From NCBI GenBank assembly GCA_038744785.1, contig JBCDLX010000022.1, positions 3,091 through 67,090 on the forward strand: a DNA stretch of 64,000 nucleotides, in the 5' to 3' direction. This document shows, piece by piece, positions 51,145 through 60,932 of the stretch (position 1 is the stretch's first letter; each line of letters begins with the position of its first letter). The notes under the pieces are model-generated. The model saw only the letters and a program-made list of their open reading frames with translations. It was not told where the DNA came from and did not search any database. This DNA comes from Pseudomonadota bacterium (GTDB lineage: Bacteria; Pseudomonadota; Alphaproteobacteria; Rhodobacterales; Rhodobacteraceae). The position numbers were made by a program, and so were the translations under genes.

Positions 51145-52407
51145 ATGAAGATTGGGCTGTTTTCCTGGGTTGGTGCGGCAATGCTATTCGCCGCCTCTTC
51201 GGTATCGGCCGATCTTCCACTCAAATACTTCAACGACCTTAGTGGGCCGCACTACCTGCTCGGAGGCGTTTATGCCTTCGAGTTCCGCGAGAACGACGTC
51301 CCGGGACTAAAGCGCGTTCGGGCGACCTATCTGCCAAATGGTACGCTGCTTTATCCGATCGATCTTGATCCTGAGCACGAACCAAAAAATGTATCTTCTC
51401 CAGAGCGTTACGGAACGTACATCACCCAATTCGGGCAGGTTCTTCTGGTCGAGAACGATGAAGTTAGTAAACGCCCATTTTCCGTGAACCTTGGCGAAGC
51501 GGACGTTATCTTTCATCAGGACACCTTCATTTGCGCCGCGACGGACGAATTGAAGTGCAGCGAAGATGATGGAATTTCTGTTTCGAAGTCCTGGGCCATG
51601 CTGAGCGAACGCGATCTGGACGAGAGGATCGTCACGCTCCGTTTCTTCATCACCGAGGATAATCAGGAACGCGTTGGCTATCTGGGCCTGGAGCGATTTG
51701 AAGAGATGAAACGTCAAGGCGTTCTGTCCGACTTGTTGGAACCCTGGCCGCGATACGCATTTCTAGGACGACGCGAGTTGGCGCAGGCACGCAAGCCATG
51801 CGGCGTGGCCCGAAAGACCTACGACACCGAGGCCGTCAAAGCCGAAATTGGAGTCGAAGCGGAAGTCGGGCTTCTTGACTGGTTCAAGGCAAAGTTTGCG
51901 GCGGGTTTCGAGACCGAGGCCGGGGAAGAGAACATCGTCCTCGTCGGCGAGCCGGACACCGAGATCCGGCTTTATGAGCTTCGAGTGGTCAAACCGGACA
52001 CCGAAGGCAAATTCGATCCAAATAGGCTGCTGAAACTCAATGTGACTGCCAGCTACGGATGTGATGGGATCGCAGGCGCGCTCCAACCCTACCGGATCGA
52101 GACGATCATCGTCCAGCACACCCATCCCAACGAGATCGATGGACGAGGACGCGTGACAATGAAGTGGACCGATTTCCACAACCGGGAACTCGCGCCCGAA
52201 GAAGCCGAATACATCTGGGACAAAAACAGACAGCGCCCCTTTGCCTTCAGCGTGAACAGCAGTGTCGCTTACGATACGACAATACAGAAGTTGCGGACTC
52301 GTACCGAATTTGACTTGGCGCTCACAAACATTCTGTTGAGCGCATTCAATGCGTCTTGTGACAGCGCGGGCGGTGCGCGCGCGACCTGTGAAGACTACCT
52401 CCGCTAA
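51145..52407 (+). CDS. Secreted hypothetical protein
   Basis: Sec signal MKIGLFSWVGAAMLFAASSVSA; long open frame; 6 Cys; no family recognised. Confidence 0.75.
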   Translation: MKIGLFSWVGAAMLFAASSVSADLPLKYFNDLSGPHYLLGGVYAFEFRENDVPGLKRVRATYLPNGTLLYPIDLDPEHEPKNVSSPERYGTYITQFGQVLLVENDEVSKRPFSVNLGEADVIFHQDTFICAATDELKCSEDDGISVSKSWAMLSERDLDERIVTLRFFITEDNQERVGYLGLERFEEMKRQGVLSDLLEPWPRYAFLGRRELAQARKPCGVARKTYDTEAVKAEIGVEAEVGLLDWFKAKFAAGFETEAGEENIVLVGEPDTEIRLYELRVVKPDTEGKFDPNRLLKLNVTASYGCDGIAGALQPYRIETIIVQHTHPNEIDGRGRVTMKWTDFHNRELAPEEAEYIWDKNRQRPFAFSVNSSVAYDTTIQKLRTRTEFDLALTNILLSAFNASCDSAGGARATCEDYLR

Positions 52408-52421
52408 GATACGCGGGACGA

Positions 52422-54236
52422 CTAAGCGGCATCCTGTTCGGCGGCCTGACGCGCCCAGAGATTGGCATAGCGGCCGCCCATTGCCAAAAGTTCGTCATGG
52501 GTCCCACGCTCGACAATCTCTCCGGCCTCGAGCACCACGATCAGATCTGCATCGACGATGGTCGACAGTCGGTGCGCGATGACCAATACCGTCCGGCCCT
52601 TTCCCATTGCATTCAACTCTGCTTGGATGTCGCGCTCGGTCTCGGTATCTAAGGCACTCGTCGCCTCGTCAAGAAGCAGGATCGGCGGGTTTTTCAGCAG
52701 GGTTCGCGCAATCCCGACCCGCTGTTTCTCGCCCCCTGACAGCTTCAGCCCGCGTTCCCCGACCGTCGTCTCATATCCTTCTGGAAGCGCAGAAACAAAA
52801 TCATGGATTTTCGCGGCACGCGCTGCGGCCTCGATCTCAGCGAAGGTTGCGTCGGCCCGCCCGTAGGCGATATTGTAACGGATCGTGTCGTTGAACAGCA
52901 CCGTGTCCTGCGGCACCACGCCAATCGCCTCGTGAAGCGACACCTGCGTGATGTCCCGCACGTCCTGTCCATCGATGCGCAGTGCTCCGCCATTGACGTC
53001 GTAGAACCGGAACAAAAGTCTTCCGATTGTCGACTTGCCGGATCCGGATGGTCCAACAATAGCAACCCGCTGCCCGGCCTCAACGGATAACGTCACACCC
53101 TTCAGGATTGGTCGTGCCGCTTCGTACCCGAAATGCACATCATCGAAATCGATGCGTCCGCCATCAACTACGAGCGCTGTCGCATCTGGCTTGTCGCTGA
53201 TTTCGCGGGGTTGTTCCAACAGATCGAACATTTCACCCATGTCAATCAGCGATTGCCGCATCTCACGATAGACATACCCCAGCAAATCCAAAGGTGCCGT
53301 TATCTGGATCATGTAGGCATTGACCATTACGAAATCGCCGACAGTCAAATCGCCGCGCGCCACGCCGTTTGCCGCCATCACCATCACGGCAACAAGGCCC
53401 GAGGTAATCAAGAACGACTGACCGACATTCAGAAACGTCAGCGAGTAGACCGTCTTCAGCGCGGCCCTTTCATAGCCAGCCATCGCCGCGTCGTATCGCA
53501 CTGCCTCGCGGCTCTCTGCGCCGAAGTATTTGACCGTCTCAAAATTTAGAAGACTGTCGATGGCCTTCTGGTTTGCATCGGTGTCTTGGTCGTTCATCTC
53601 TTTGCGGATGCGCACCCGCCACTCGGTCACTTTGAAGGTGAACCTGATGTAGATGGCGACGGTCATGACGACGACAGCGAGGTAGATAACATCAAAAACG
53701 ACTGCCAGCACGACAGCGATCATTGTGAGTTCAAGAACCAGTGGCCCGACGGAAAACACCATGAACCGAAGAAGAAAGTCGACGCCCTTAACCCCGCGTT
53801 CGATAATCCGGCTCAATCCTCCGGTCTTTCGCGTGATGTGATACCGCAACGACAAGGCATGAATGTGTTGGAAGGTCTCCAGCGCCAGTTGTCGCAAAGC
53901 ACGTTGACCTACTGCGGCAAAAACAGCGTCGCGGATCTGCTGGAACCCCACAGTCATCAAACGCGCCATACCGTAGGCGACCGTCAGCCCGACCGCCCCC
54001 GCCCCAAGCATCCAGGCGGCGTCGGTGCCGTCACCCGCCAGTTTGTCGACAGCGCCTTTGTAAAGAAACGGCGTGCCCACGGCGACCAGTTTTGCCAAGA
54101 ACAACGCCAGAAGCGCGAACACCACGCGACGTTTCACCCAAGGGTAGTCATCAGGCCAAAGGTATGGTGAAACCTTCCGGATCGTCCGCCAGCCGGACCG
54201 GCGGGCGGCGGCGTCGAATTCCTGTTTGTCGGTCAC
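52422..54236 (-). CDS. Atm1/AtmA-type ABC exporter (fused TMD-NBD)
   Basis: RKTGGLSR.IERG, DSLLNFETVKYF, GPSGSGKS, LSGGEKQR. Confidence 0.93.
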   Translation of the reverse strand: MTDKQEFDAAARRSGWRTIRKVSPYLWPDDYPWVKRRVVFALLALFLAKLVAVGTPFLYKGAVDKLAGDGTDAAWMLGAGAVGLTVAYGMARLMTVGFQQIRDAVFAAVGQRALRQLALETFQHIHALSLRYHITRKTGGLSRIIERGVKGVDFLLRFMVFSVGPLVLELTMIAVVLAVVFDVIYLAVVVMTVAIYIRFTFKVTEWRVRIRKEMNDQDTDANQKAIDSLLNFETVKYFGAESREAVRYDAAMAGYERAALKTVYSLTFLNVGQSFLITSGLVAVMVMAANGVARGDLTVGDFVMVNAYMIQITAPLDLLGYVYREMRQSLIDMGEMFDLLEQPREISDKPDATALVVDGGRIDFDDVHFGYEAARPILKGVTLSVEAGQRVAIVGPSGSGKSTIGRLLFRFYDVNGGALRIDGQDVRDITQVSLHEAIGVVPQDTVLFNDTIRYNIAYGRADATFAEIEAAARAAKIHDFVSALPEGYETTVGERGLKLSGGEKQRVGIARTLLKNPPILLLDEATSALDTETERDIQAELNAMGKGRTVLVIAHRLSTIVDADLIVVLEAGEIVERGTHDELLAMGGRYANLWARQAAEQDAA

Positions 54237-54325
54237 CGGGGATGCCTGCGTTGCAACCGGTGTACCCTAAGCGCACGCAGCGGGAATGGCCAGACCCTGA
54301 CCACCATGTCCGGCCCTATCCGGAC

Positions 54326-55834
54326 CTAGTTCGGGATCGAAAAGACCTGGCCGGGATAGATAAGATCGGGATCGCGGATCTTGTCGCGGTTCGCTTCGAA
54401 AAGCTGAACGAAAAGCCGCCCGTCGCCATAGGAATTCGACGAGATCCCCCATAGAGTGTTGCCAGGCTGGACTGTGACAAGATCGATCCGCGTGCGCGCG
54501 GTGGGCCCTCCGGACGCAAGCGCTAGTGCCTGGATGGCCTCCGGTGCTTCGCGTTGGAACGGGGTTTCGACTCGCGACAGCACAGTGCCGTCAGCGCCAA
54601 TCTGATCCACGCGTAGCGTGTAGACACCGGTATCGACTTCCGGCAATTCCGCGCGCCATTGGCCGCCTGGTCCGACCTCGCCAATCTCGACGGGTGCGTT
54701 GTCGACATAGACGCGCACCTGACCTTGCGCAGGGGCCCGACCTGACAACGCAACCTCGCCGCTTTCGTCATAGGTGATCGCGTCGATTACCACGTTTTCG
54801 GTCACCTCAGGGCCGGCACCGCCACTGTCCTGAAGGACGCGTACCCCATCGCTGTCTGCGATGATCACGGCGGGGGCGGCGGGTTCGGAAGAGGCGGCGG
54901 TTGTGGCAGTTGTCTGCGTGTCTTGCTCGGCCAAACCGTCCGATGCTGTCTCTGCACCTTGGTCTGGTGACGCCTCGCTAGCGTCAGATGCCAATTCTTC
55001 AACTACCGATTCTTCAGTCTCCGGACCAGAGTCTGTGGCCGCGACACCATCGTTTCCAGCAGTCTCAACAGTTCCGTCGCCCGAAATGGTGTCGGGCTCT
55101 GTGTTCGCTTCAGCCGTTGCCACGGGGCTTGGGGCAAGGACAACAACACCGTCCGATGCCGACTCTCCGCCGTTTCCGTCAAGTGCGCGCAGCGCCAATG
55201 CCCGCGGCGCGTCAGAGCGTCCAAGATCGGCAAGGGCCACAAAGCCTCCGCTGGCATCGGCAGTTGTGTCCGCAATCACCTCGCCATCGACCGTGACCTC
55301 GACCCGCGTCCCAGGCGCTGACCGGCCCGCGATCAGTGCCCGTCCGTCAGGCTCGACCCGGACCAGGTCGAAGCTTGGCGCGGGAAGCGCAGGGGCGTCG
55401 GGCAACGGTACGCTGGGCGTTACGCCCGCGGTGCCTTCCGTTGCAGCCACGTCCGCCTCTCCGGGTGCGTCTGGCGTTGGCGGGGTAGATGCGGTCTCTT
55501 CGACAGCCGTTTCGCCGGCGACTGCCTCGGGGACAGATGCGCTATCTTCGGCATCGGGAACCGCAGCCTCCCCAGTGCCTTCCGCTTGATCGACCCCATC
55601 GGCGGGACCGCCGGCCGTCTCTGTCTCTTTCTCGACGGTAGTCTCGGAAACGGCGGCATCCGCCTCCTCGCCGGCAGAGCCGCCGGTTTCAGCAACCGGC
55701 TTTTCCACCTCGGCCGGCGGCGTGACTTGCCAGTAAACAGCCAGTCCAGCAGCAGCGACCGCAAGCGCTGCTAAGGCCCCTGCCAGAACTGATTTTCCGG
55801 TGGTTCCCGCCACCGCAGCGGATTTTGCAGCCAT
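54326..55834 (-). CDS. LysM peptidoglycan-binding protein with Ig-like domains and acidic linkers
   Basis: N-terminal TM; FDLVRVEPDG...AG; C-terminal VQPGNTLWGIS..YG.G...FEANRD.IRDPDLIYPGQ. Confidence 0.9.
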   Translation of the reverse strand: MAAKSAAVAGTTGKSVLAGALAALAVAAAGLAVYWQVTPPAEVEKPVAETGGSAGEEADAAVSETTVEKETETAGGPADGVDQAEGTGEAAVPDAEDSASVPEAVAGETAVEETASTPPTPDAPGEADVAATEGTAGVTPSVPLPDAPALPAPSFDLVRVEPDGRALIAGRSAPGTRVEVTVDGEVIADTTADASGGFVALADLGRSDAPRALALRALDGNGGESASDGVVVLAPSPVATAEANTEPDTISGDGTVETAGNDGVAATDSGPETEESVVEELASDASEASPDQGAETASDGLAEQDTQTTATTAASSEPAAPAVIIADSDGVRVLQDSGGAGPEVTENVVIDAITYDESGEVALSGRAPAQGQVRVYVDNAPVEIGEVGPGGQWRAELPEVDTGVYTLRVDQIGADGTVLSRVETPFQREAPEAIQALALASGGPTARTRIDLVTVQPGNTLWGISSNSYGDGRLFVQLFEANRDKIRDPDLIYPGQVFSIPN

Positions 55835-55934
55835 TTCATGTCCCTTTGCGGACAGGTCCCCACCTGAACGCGCTTGAGCGACCCTATCAAGGGCACTAAC
55901 AGGGGTCAAAGCACCTCATTGAAAGGCCGCGGCC

Positions 55935-56483
55935 ATGCCTGTACCTGCCCGTTCGATCTGCGTCTATTGCGGATCACGCTTTGGCGAAAACCCAGCGTTT
56001 CGCACCGCTGCCGACGCCCTGGGACGCGCGATCGCGAAACAAGGCTGGAGGCTTGTTTATGGTGCTGGCGACGTCGGCCTGATGGGAGCCGTCGCAAGCG
56101 CAACAATGGCCGAAGGTGGCGACACGTTTGGCGTCATTCCAACTCATCTGAAGGTTCGCGAGGTGGGAAAAACCGACATTACAACGCTTGTGGAAACGGA
56201 AACAATGCATGAGCGCAAGAAGGTAATGTTCATGAATGCCGATGCCGTGGTGGTGCTGCCAGGCGGTGCAGGTTCACTCGATGAGTTCTTTGAAGTGCTG
56301 ACCTGGGCGCAGCTCGGGCTTCACAACAAACCCATCTGGTTGTTGAACATCGCAGGCTACTGGGATCCGCTTCAGGCGCTTGTCGCACATGTCATCGACG
56401 AGGGCTTTGCCGATCCGAGCCTCGCGCAGTTCGTAAACATGGCCGACACCGTTTCCGGTCTAATCGAGGGGCTTGACGCCTAA
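55935..56483 (+). CDS. LOG-family nucleotide phosphoribohydrolase (TIGR00730-like)
   Basis: CVYCGS, YGAGDVGLMG, MHERK, PGGAGSLDE. Confidence 0.92.
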   Translation: MPVPARSICVYCGSRFGENPAFRTAADALGRAIAKQGWRLVYGAGDVGLMGAVASATMAEGGDTFGVIPTHLKVREVGKTDITTLVETETMHERKKVMFMNADAVVVLPGGAGSLDEFFEVLTWAQLGLHNKPIWLLNIAGYWDPLQALVAHVIDEGFADPSLAQFVNMADTVSGLIEGLDA

Positions 56484-56755
56484 GACATGCGCGCCACTGC
56501 CCTGTCCTCCAACCGTCGTGCCAAACGACGCGCCCGGCGCGCCGCTGCAAGACACTGGCCTATGAAACGGTCCACAGCCCGCGGCCTGCCCGCTGCTGAA
56601 AAGATCCGCGCAGCTTCCATACTGTCGCGCATGTAGCGAAGCTCCGCCTCGCGCAAGCGCCCGATGCGCCGAGCATCTGTTTCAGAAAACCCGGATACGC
56701 TGAGCGATCCGTAGCGGTTTTCGACACTTGTTTTTAGTTCGGTCGTTCCAACCAA
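56480..56755 (-). CDS. Possible small hypothetical protein or frameshifted remnant
   Basis: 91-codon TTG-start ORF; the ATG with the better RBS (56760) is out of frame. Confidence 0.3.
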   Translation of the reverse strand: MVGTTELKTSVENRYGSLSVSGFSETDARRIGRLREAELRYMRDSMEAARIFSAAGRPRAVDRFIGQCLAAARRARRLARRLEDRAVARMS

Positions 56756-56858
56756 GACATGCCACCCCTCCCCTAAGGTGCGCGAGGGAAGCGTAGCCGG
56801 AGGCCAATGTCAAAGGTTACGTAGGACAAGGCGCAACTTCGCGCGCCGCGGAACGTGT

Positions 56859-56890
56859 GGGCGCCGCAATTGGAAACAACCGCGGCGCCC
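56859..56890 (-). terminator. Hairpin after sodB
   Basis: GGGCGCCGC ... GCGGCGCCC 9-bp stem just past the stop; no clear U tail. Confidence 0.5.
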
Positions 56891-56896
56891 GGCCGA

Positions 56897-57496
56897 TTAC
56901 ATACGGCTCGCCACGTTTTCCCAGTTCACAAGATTATCGAGAAAGTTCGTCAGGTAAGCGGGACGCTTGTTCCGGAAGTCGATGTAGTACGAGTGTTCCC
57001 ACACATCGCAGCCCAAAAGCGCGGTCTGCCCGAAGCAAAGCGGGTTCACACCGTTTTCCGTCTTGGTAACTTTCAGCGATCCGTCGCTGTCTTTCACAAG
57101 CCAAGCCCAGCCCGAACCAAACTGTCCTGCACCGGCGGCAGAGAACTGTGACTTGAATTCGTCAACCGAACCGAATGCCTCGGTCAGCGCCGCTTCCAAT
57201 TCACCGGGCATCGCGCTGCCGCCCGGTCCCATCATCTCCCAGAACTGATTGTGGTTCCAAAGCTGGCTGATGTTGTTGAAGATACCGTTCTGCGCGACCG
57301 CACCAGCCTCGTATGTGCCAACGATGATCTCTTCCAGGCTCTTGCCGTCCCATTCGGTCCCGGCGATCAGCTTGTTGCCGTTGTCGACATAGGCCTTGTG
57401 ATGAAGGTCGTGATGGTACTCCAGCGTCTCTTGCGACATGCCGTTCGCGGCAAGCGCGTCATGGGCATAAGGAAGATCGGGAAGTTCGAAGGCCAT
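56897..57496 (-). CDS. sodB: Iron superoxide dismutase
   Basis: YHHDLHH, FNNISQLWNH (Fe-type Gln), FGSGWAW, DVWEHSYY. Confidence 0.95.
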   Translation of the reverse strand: MAFELPDLPYAHDALAANGMSQETLEYHHDLHHKAYVDNGNKLIAGTEWDGKSLEEIIVGTYEAGAVAQNGIFNNISQLWNHNQFWEMMGPGGSAMPGELEAALTEAFGSVDEFKSQFSAAGAGQFGSGWAWLVKDSDGSLKVTKTENGVNPLCFGQTALLGCDVWEHSYYIDFRNKRPAYLTNFLDNLVNWENVASRM

Positions 57497-57718
57497 GGGG
57501 ACACCCTTTCTGGTCGGTCAATCTGCCGCATACCTGTGCCGGAGCGCACCCGGGGTCAAGGGGCGATCAAGTACCAGTTTGCCGATCTGCGCGGTCTGAT
57601 GACCAGTTGTAGGGCGGATAACCGGAAATATCCGCACCTGTACCTTCTGGTTAGCGCCCATGGCATGCCGGGCGACCTGTCGTGGCAGACGTCGCCCGCC
57701 CTGATCCGCCGGAGCAGA

Positions 57719-58837
57719 TTATATAAAGGGGATGTCGACCAACACACCTTCTACGGTCGCGCCGTCTTTCTGAACTTGAACAGGATCGCCTGGCCGTGCC
57801 ACGACCGACACAAGCGCATATCCGATCAGACGCTTCAGGCGATAGGACCATGCCTGATGTGTCATATGGCCGATTTGCGCACCCTCTTTCCAAAGCGGCA
57901 GCCACGTTGCCTGCTGTTCTGGTTCTTCGGGCACGCTAAGGACGATCCCAAGCTGGTGCCGTTTGGGGCCGTCGGCCTTGATCCGGCGCAGGGCTTCCAC
58001 GCCGATCACATCGTCTGGAATGTCAAGGTCGATAAACCTTTCCAAGCGAACTTCGAACGGGTTCGTCATCTCATCCGTGTCCACGCCCCAATTCAGCAAA
58101 CCACTTTCGGTACGCTCTGACGGATTGGGATATCCGGGTCCGATCCCAAAGGGCGCGCCTGCCTCGCGCACCAATTCCCAAAGCCGCGTGCCCTTTTTTC
58201 CGTCTAACAAAAACAACTCGAAACCGCCCTGTTTCGACCAACCTGCACGCACGACCTTTAGCGGGATACCCTGGACCGCGGCATCTTTGAACCAGAAGTA
58301 CTTCAGGTCGCGGACCCAGTCGCCTAACAGGGCAGCCACGACATTCTCCGCTTGCGGACCTTGTACCGCGAGCGGCGAAACGTCAGGCTCGCTAATGTCG
58401 ACATCGAACCCACGCTCGCCCGCGACACATCGCGCCCAGAACCAGATGTCGGAATTGCCAATCGAGAGCCAATAGCAATCATCTGCCAGCTTGAGCGCTA
58501 TCGGATCGTTTATCAGCACGCCCCTGTGATCACACAGCGCAACGTATTTTCCCTGCCCGATCTGCTGTTTCGAGAGATCCCGTACGCACAGCACCTGCGC
58601 CAGCCGCGCCGCGTCGGGACCCTTTAGCTGAACCTGACGTTGAACAGCGACGTCCCACATCGACACACCTTCGATCAACCGCCAGTATTCGGCCTCTCGG
58701 TCGCCATAGCCCCGCGGGATCAGCATACGGTTATAGGTCAAAAGGGATTCCGCACCTTCCGCAACGGTGGCCTCGAAGAACGGTGACTTTCGCAGGCGGC
58801 CCGCCGACACGATTTCTGGCATGGAATTCTCCGTCAT
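57719..58837 (-). CDS. GcvT-family THF-dependent demethylase, DmdA-like
   Basis: R.SPFF, YNRM, WDVAVQRQV, INDP, EPDVSPLAVQGP, GWSKQGGFE, ER.ESGLL. Confidence 0.8.
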   Translation of the reverse strand: MTENSMPEIVSAGRLRKSPFFEATVAEGAESLLTYNRMLIPRGYGDREAEYWRLIEGVSMWDVAVQRQVQLKGPDAARLAQVLCVRDLSKQQIGQGKYVALCDHRGVLINDPIALKLADDCYWLSIGNSDIWFWARCVAGERGFDVDISEPDVSPLAVQGPQAENVVAALLGDWVRDLKYFWFKDAAVQGIPLKVVRAGWSKQGGFELFLLDGKKGTRLWELVREAGAPFGIGPGYPNPSERTESGLLNWGVDTDEMTNPFEVRLERFIDLDIPDDVIGVEALRRIKADGPKRHQLGIVLSVPEEPEQQATWLPLWKEGAQIGHMTHQAWSYRLKRLIGYALVSVVARPGDPVQVQKDGATVEGVLVDIPFI

Positions 58838-58961
58838 GGTCTGGGGCCCCATTCGTTGCACAGCTTACGCCTAGTCTGACGCCGGAAACACAGGCAGCCG
58901 CACAGAGGATTTCATAACTCGGGCGCCCCGCAAAGGGGCAAGTCCCGCAGCCTTGAGGTGT

Positions 58962-59049
58962 CCGGTTGCGTTCCCGGATGTGCCGCATTCGACAACAGGT
59001 CGAAAAGGTGGCCTGCAACAGACCGGAAGCAGATCACTTCGAACGCGCC
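58962..59049 (-). repeat. Diverged duplicate of the soxG 3' end
   Basis: 72/88 nt identical, ungapped, to 60944-61031; translates GAFEVICFRSVAGHLFDLLSNAAHPGTQP. Confidence 0.88.
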
Positions 59050-59077
59050 GCCTGGTCGTTAGCGGCCGCGCGCCCGG

Positions 59078-59967
59078 TCACGAGTTGGCGGCGCGCTCCA
59101 TCCGCGCGGCCCAACCATCGGCCAGATCTGCAAGCACTGCCCGATATTTGCGCTTTGCCAAAGCCCTTAAAGCAGCCTGCCCGATCGCATTGCCTTTCAG
59201 GGTCGCCTCAAGCCGGACGGTAAACTTCGAACCGGTTTGCATCGGTTCCACCGACCACTCACCCTGCAGATCAGAAAGCGGGTAACGATAGTCCTCGGCC
59301 TCTGTATGGACCTTAAATCCATATGCCTGGCCGCTCTCAAAGAGATTGCAGGTCTCTAACCAGTTCTCACCCTTGGGTCCGTAGCAGCGGCGCTGCATCC
59401 CCAAGCCCTCACCCGCGACTATATCGACCTCGGAGAGGTTGTTGGCGACATCGGCATACCCCGCGTGGTTGCTCATAACCTGCCAGACTGTGCTTTGCGG
59501 CGCGTCGACAGACCGGGACACCTGAACGAGAATTCTTCCCCCGAAATCTTCACCGACGCCTGACTTCGGGGCGGAACATATGTGCGCACACCCAGATACT
59601 GGCCGGTGGCGAGGGCCGCAACGCATGCCGCGACAAGCGCAATCGCGACCTGACCGACTGGCGAAAAGAGATGACCGCCCACAAGCAACAGCGCGCCGCT
59701 GCCAACCACCCAAAGCGTATCCATAGCCGACACCAGCACCACCTTGCGCGGTGTCGCGAAACGGTCGGTTGCCAACACGATCAGAGAGGCGCTGAAAAGA
59801 ATCAATCCAATCCCGAGGACGCGGATCACGGTTGACAGCGGGGATGTTGGTGCCGCGAATAGCCATCCGGCGACGGGATCGGCCGCGATCAAAAACCAAG
59901 CCCCCATCACCAGCGAAAACACCGCGTTCAGGAGGACGAACGTACGCGCGACTTTCATGGTTTTCAT
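59078..59967 (-). pseudogene. Membrane-anchored SRPBCC/polyketide cyclase-like gene, frameshifted
   Basis: About 4 TM helices in one frame and an SRPBCC domain (VSRSVDAP..VWQVM..HAGY, RRCYGPKGENW.E) in another; junction at C5 run 59538-42. Confidence 0.75.
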
Positions 59968-60083
59968 AGCGGGATGTGTCCTTCTTGGGCTGATTTCGCA
60001 GACCAAATTGACCGCCGCACAGATCGTCGCAATTACGTCAAAGGTAATCGACCAATGCCCCGCGACCCGCCAAGCTTTCTCCC

Positions 60084-60914
60084 ATGAGCTACAATCCCAA
60101 TGACCGCGACCCGGCTTTTCCCGCATTCCTCAAGACTTGGCGTTCTCGGCGCAGGCTAAGCCAGTTGGAGCTTTCGATGCGGGCCGGACCGTCGCAGCGA
60201 CATGTCAGCTTTCTTGAGACAGGCCGCTCGAACCCAAGCCGGTTTGCGATCTCACAATTGGCTGAAGCGTTGAAAATGCCGGCCGCCGAAGTCGACGCCA
60301 TGTTCCTTTCCGCGGGTTTTGCCGCCCGCTCGACCCGCGAGCGGTGGGATGACGCCACGCTTGGCGCAATAGAAGCGTCGATCGATCACATTCTGCAAAG
60401 CCACGCGCCCTATCCGGCCGTGCTTATCGATCGGATCTGGACCGTTCTGCGAGCCAACGAACCCGCCCAAGCGTTTCTCACCAAGATCGGCGGAACGGGC
60501 GGTCCGAACCTGCTTCGCGAGTTTCTGACGCCCGGTCCCGTTCGCGACAGCATCCGGAACTGGGACGAAACCGCGCGCGGTCTGATGCGCCTTTTCGAGC
60601 TTGAGGTGGCGCGGCGACCGCATGACCGGGAAGCAAAGGCGATGCACGCGGAGCTTTTACAGATACCGGGCGTGGGTCCGCTCATGAGCTTGGTCGGCAC
60701 GAACCGAAGCGCCCCGGTCCTTACGATACAATTTCTGATCGATGACGCCGAACTTGAGCTTTTCTCGCTTATCGCCACAATCGGTATGAGCGCCGAAGCC
60801 GCGCTGGATGATCTTCGAATTGAAACCCTTCTGCCCGCGAACGATGCCACGCGCGCATGGTTTCTTGCCCACACGCTTCACTTACACGCGGCCAGGGATC
60901 AGACCTTGTCTTAA
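60084..60914 (+). CDS. XRE-family HTH regulator with MmyB-like ligand-binding domain
   Basis: WR.RR.LSQLEL...S.RH.SF.ETGRS.PSR, PYPA...DR.W, NLLR, ELRIE-like end. Confidence 0.9.
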   Translation: MSYNPNDRDPAFPAFLKTWRSRRRLSQLELSMRAGPSQRHVSFLETGRSNPSRFAISQLAEALKMPAAEVDAMFLSAGFAARSTRERWDDATLGAIEASIDHILQSHAPYPAVLIDRIWTVLRANEPAQAFLTKIGGTGGPNLLREFLTPGPVRDSIRNWDETARGLMRLFELEVARRPHDREAKAMHAELLQIPGVGPLMSLVGTNRSAPVLTIQFLIDDAELELFSLIATIGMSAEAALDDLRIETLLPANDATRAWFLAHTLHLHAARDQTLS

Positions 60915-60932
60915 GAAGTAGCGCGCGTGCGC

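Noticed and set aside
57497-57718. Third soxG tail or riboswitch upstream of sodB
   Set aside because: No alignable nucleotide match to soxG and no recognisable aptamer motif.
58838-58961. Glycine riboswitch ahead of the GcvT-family gene
   Set aside because: No tandem glycine aptamer consensus visible.
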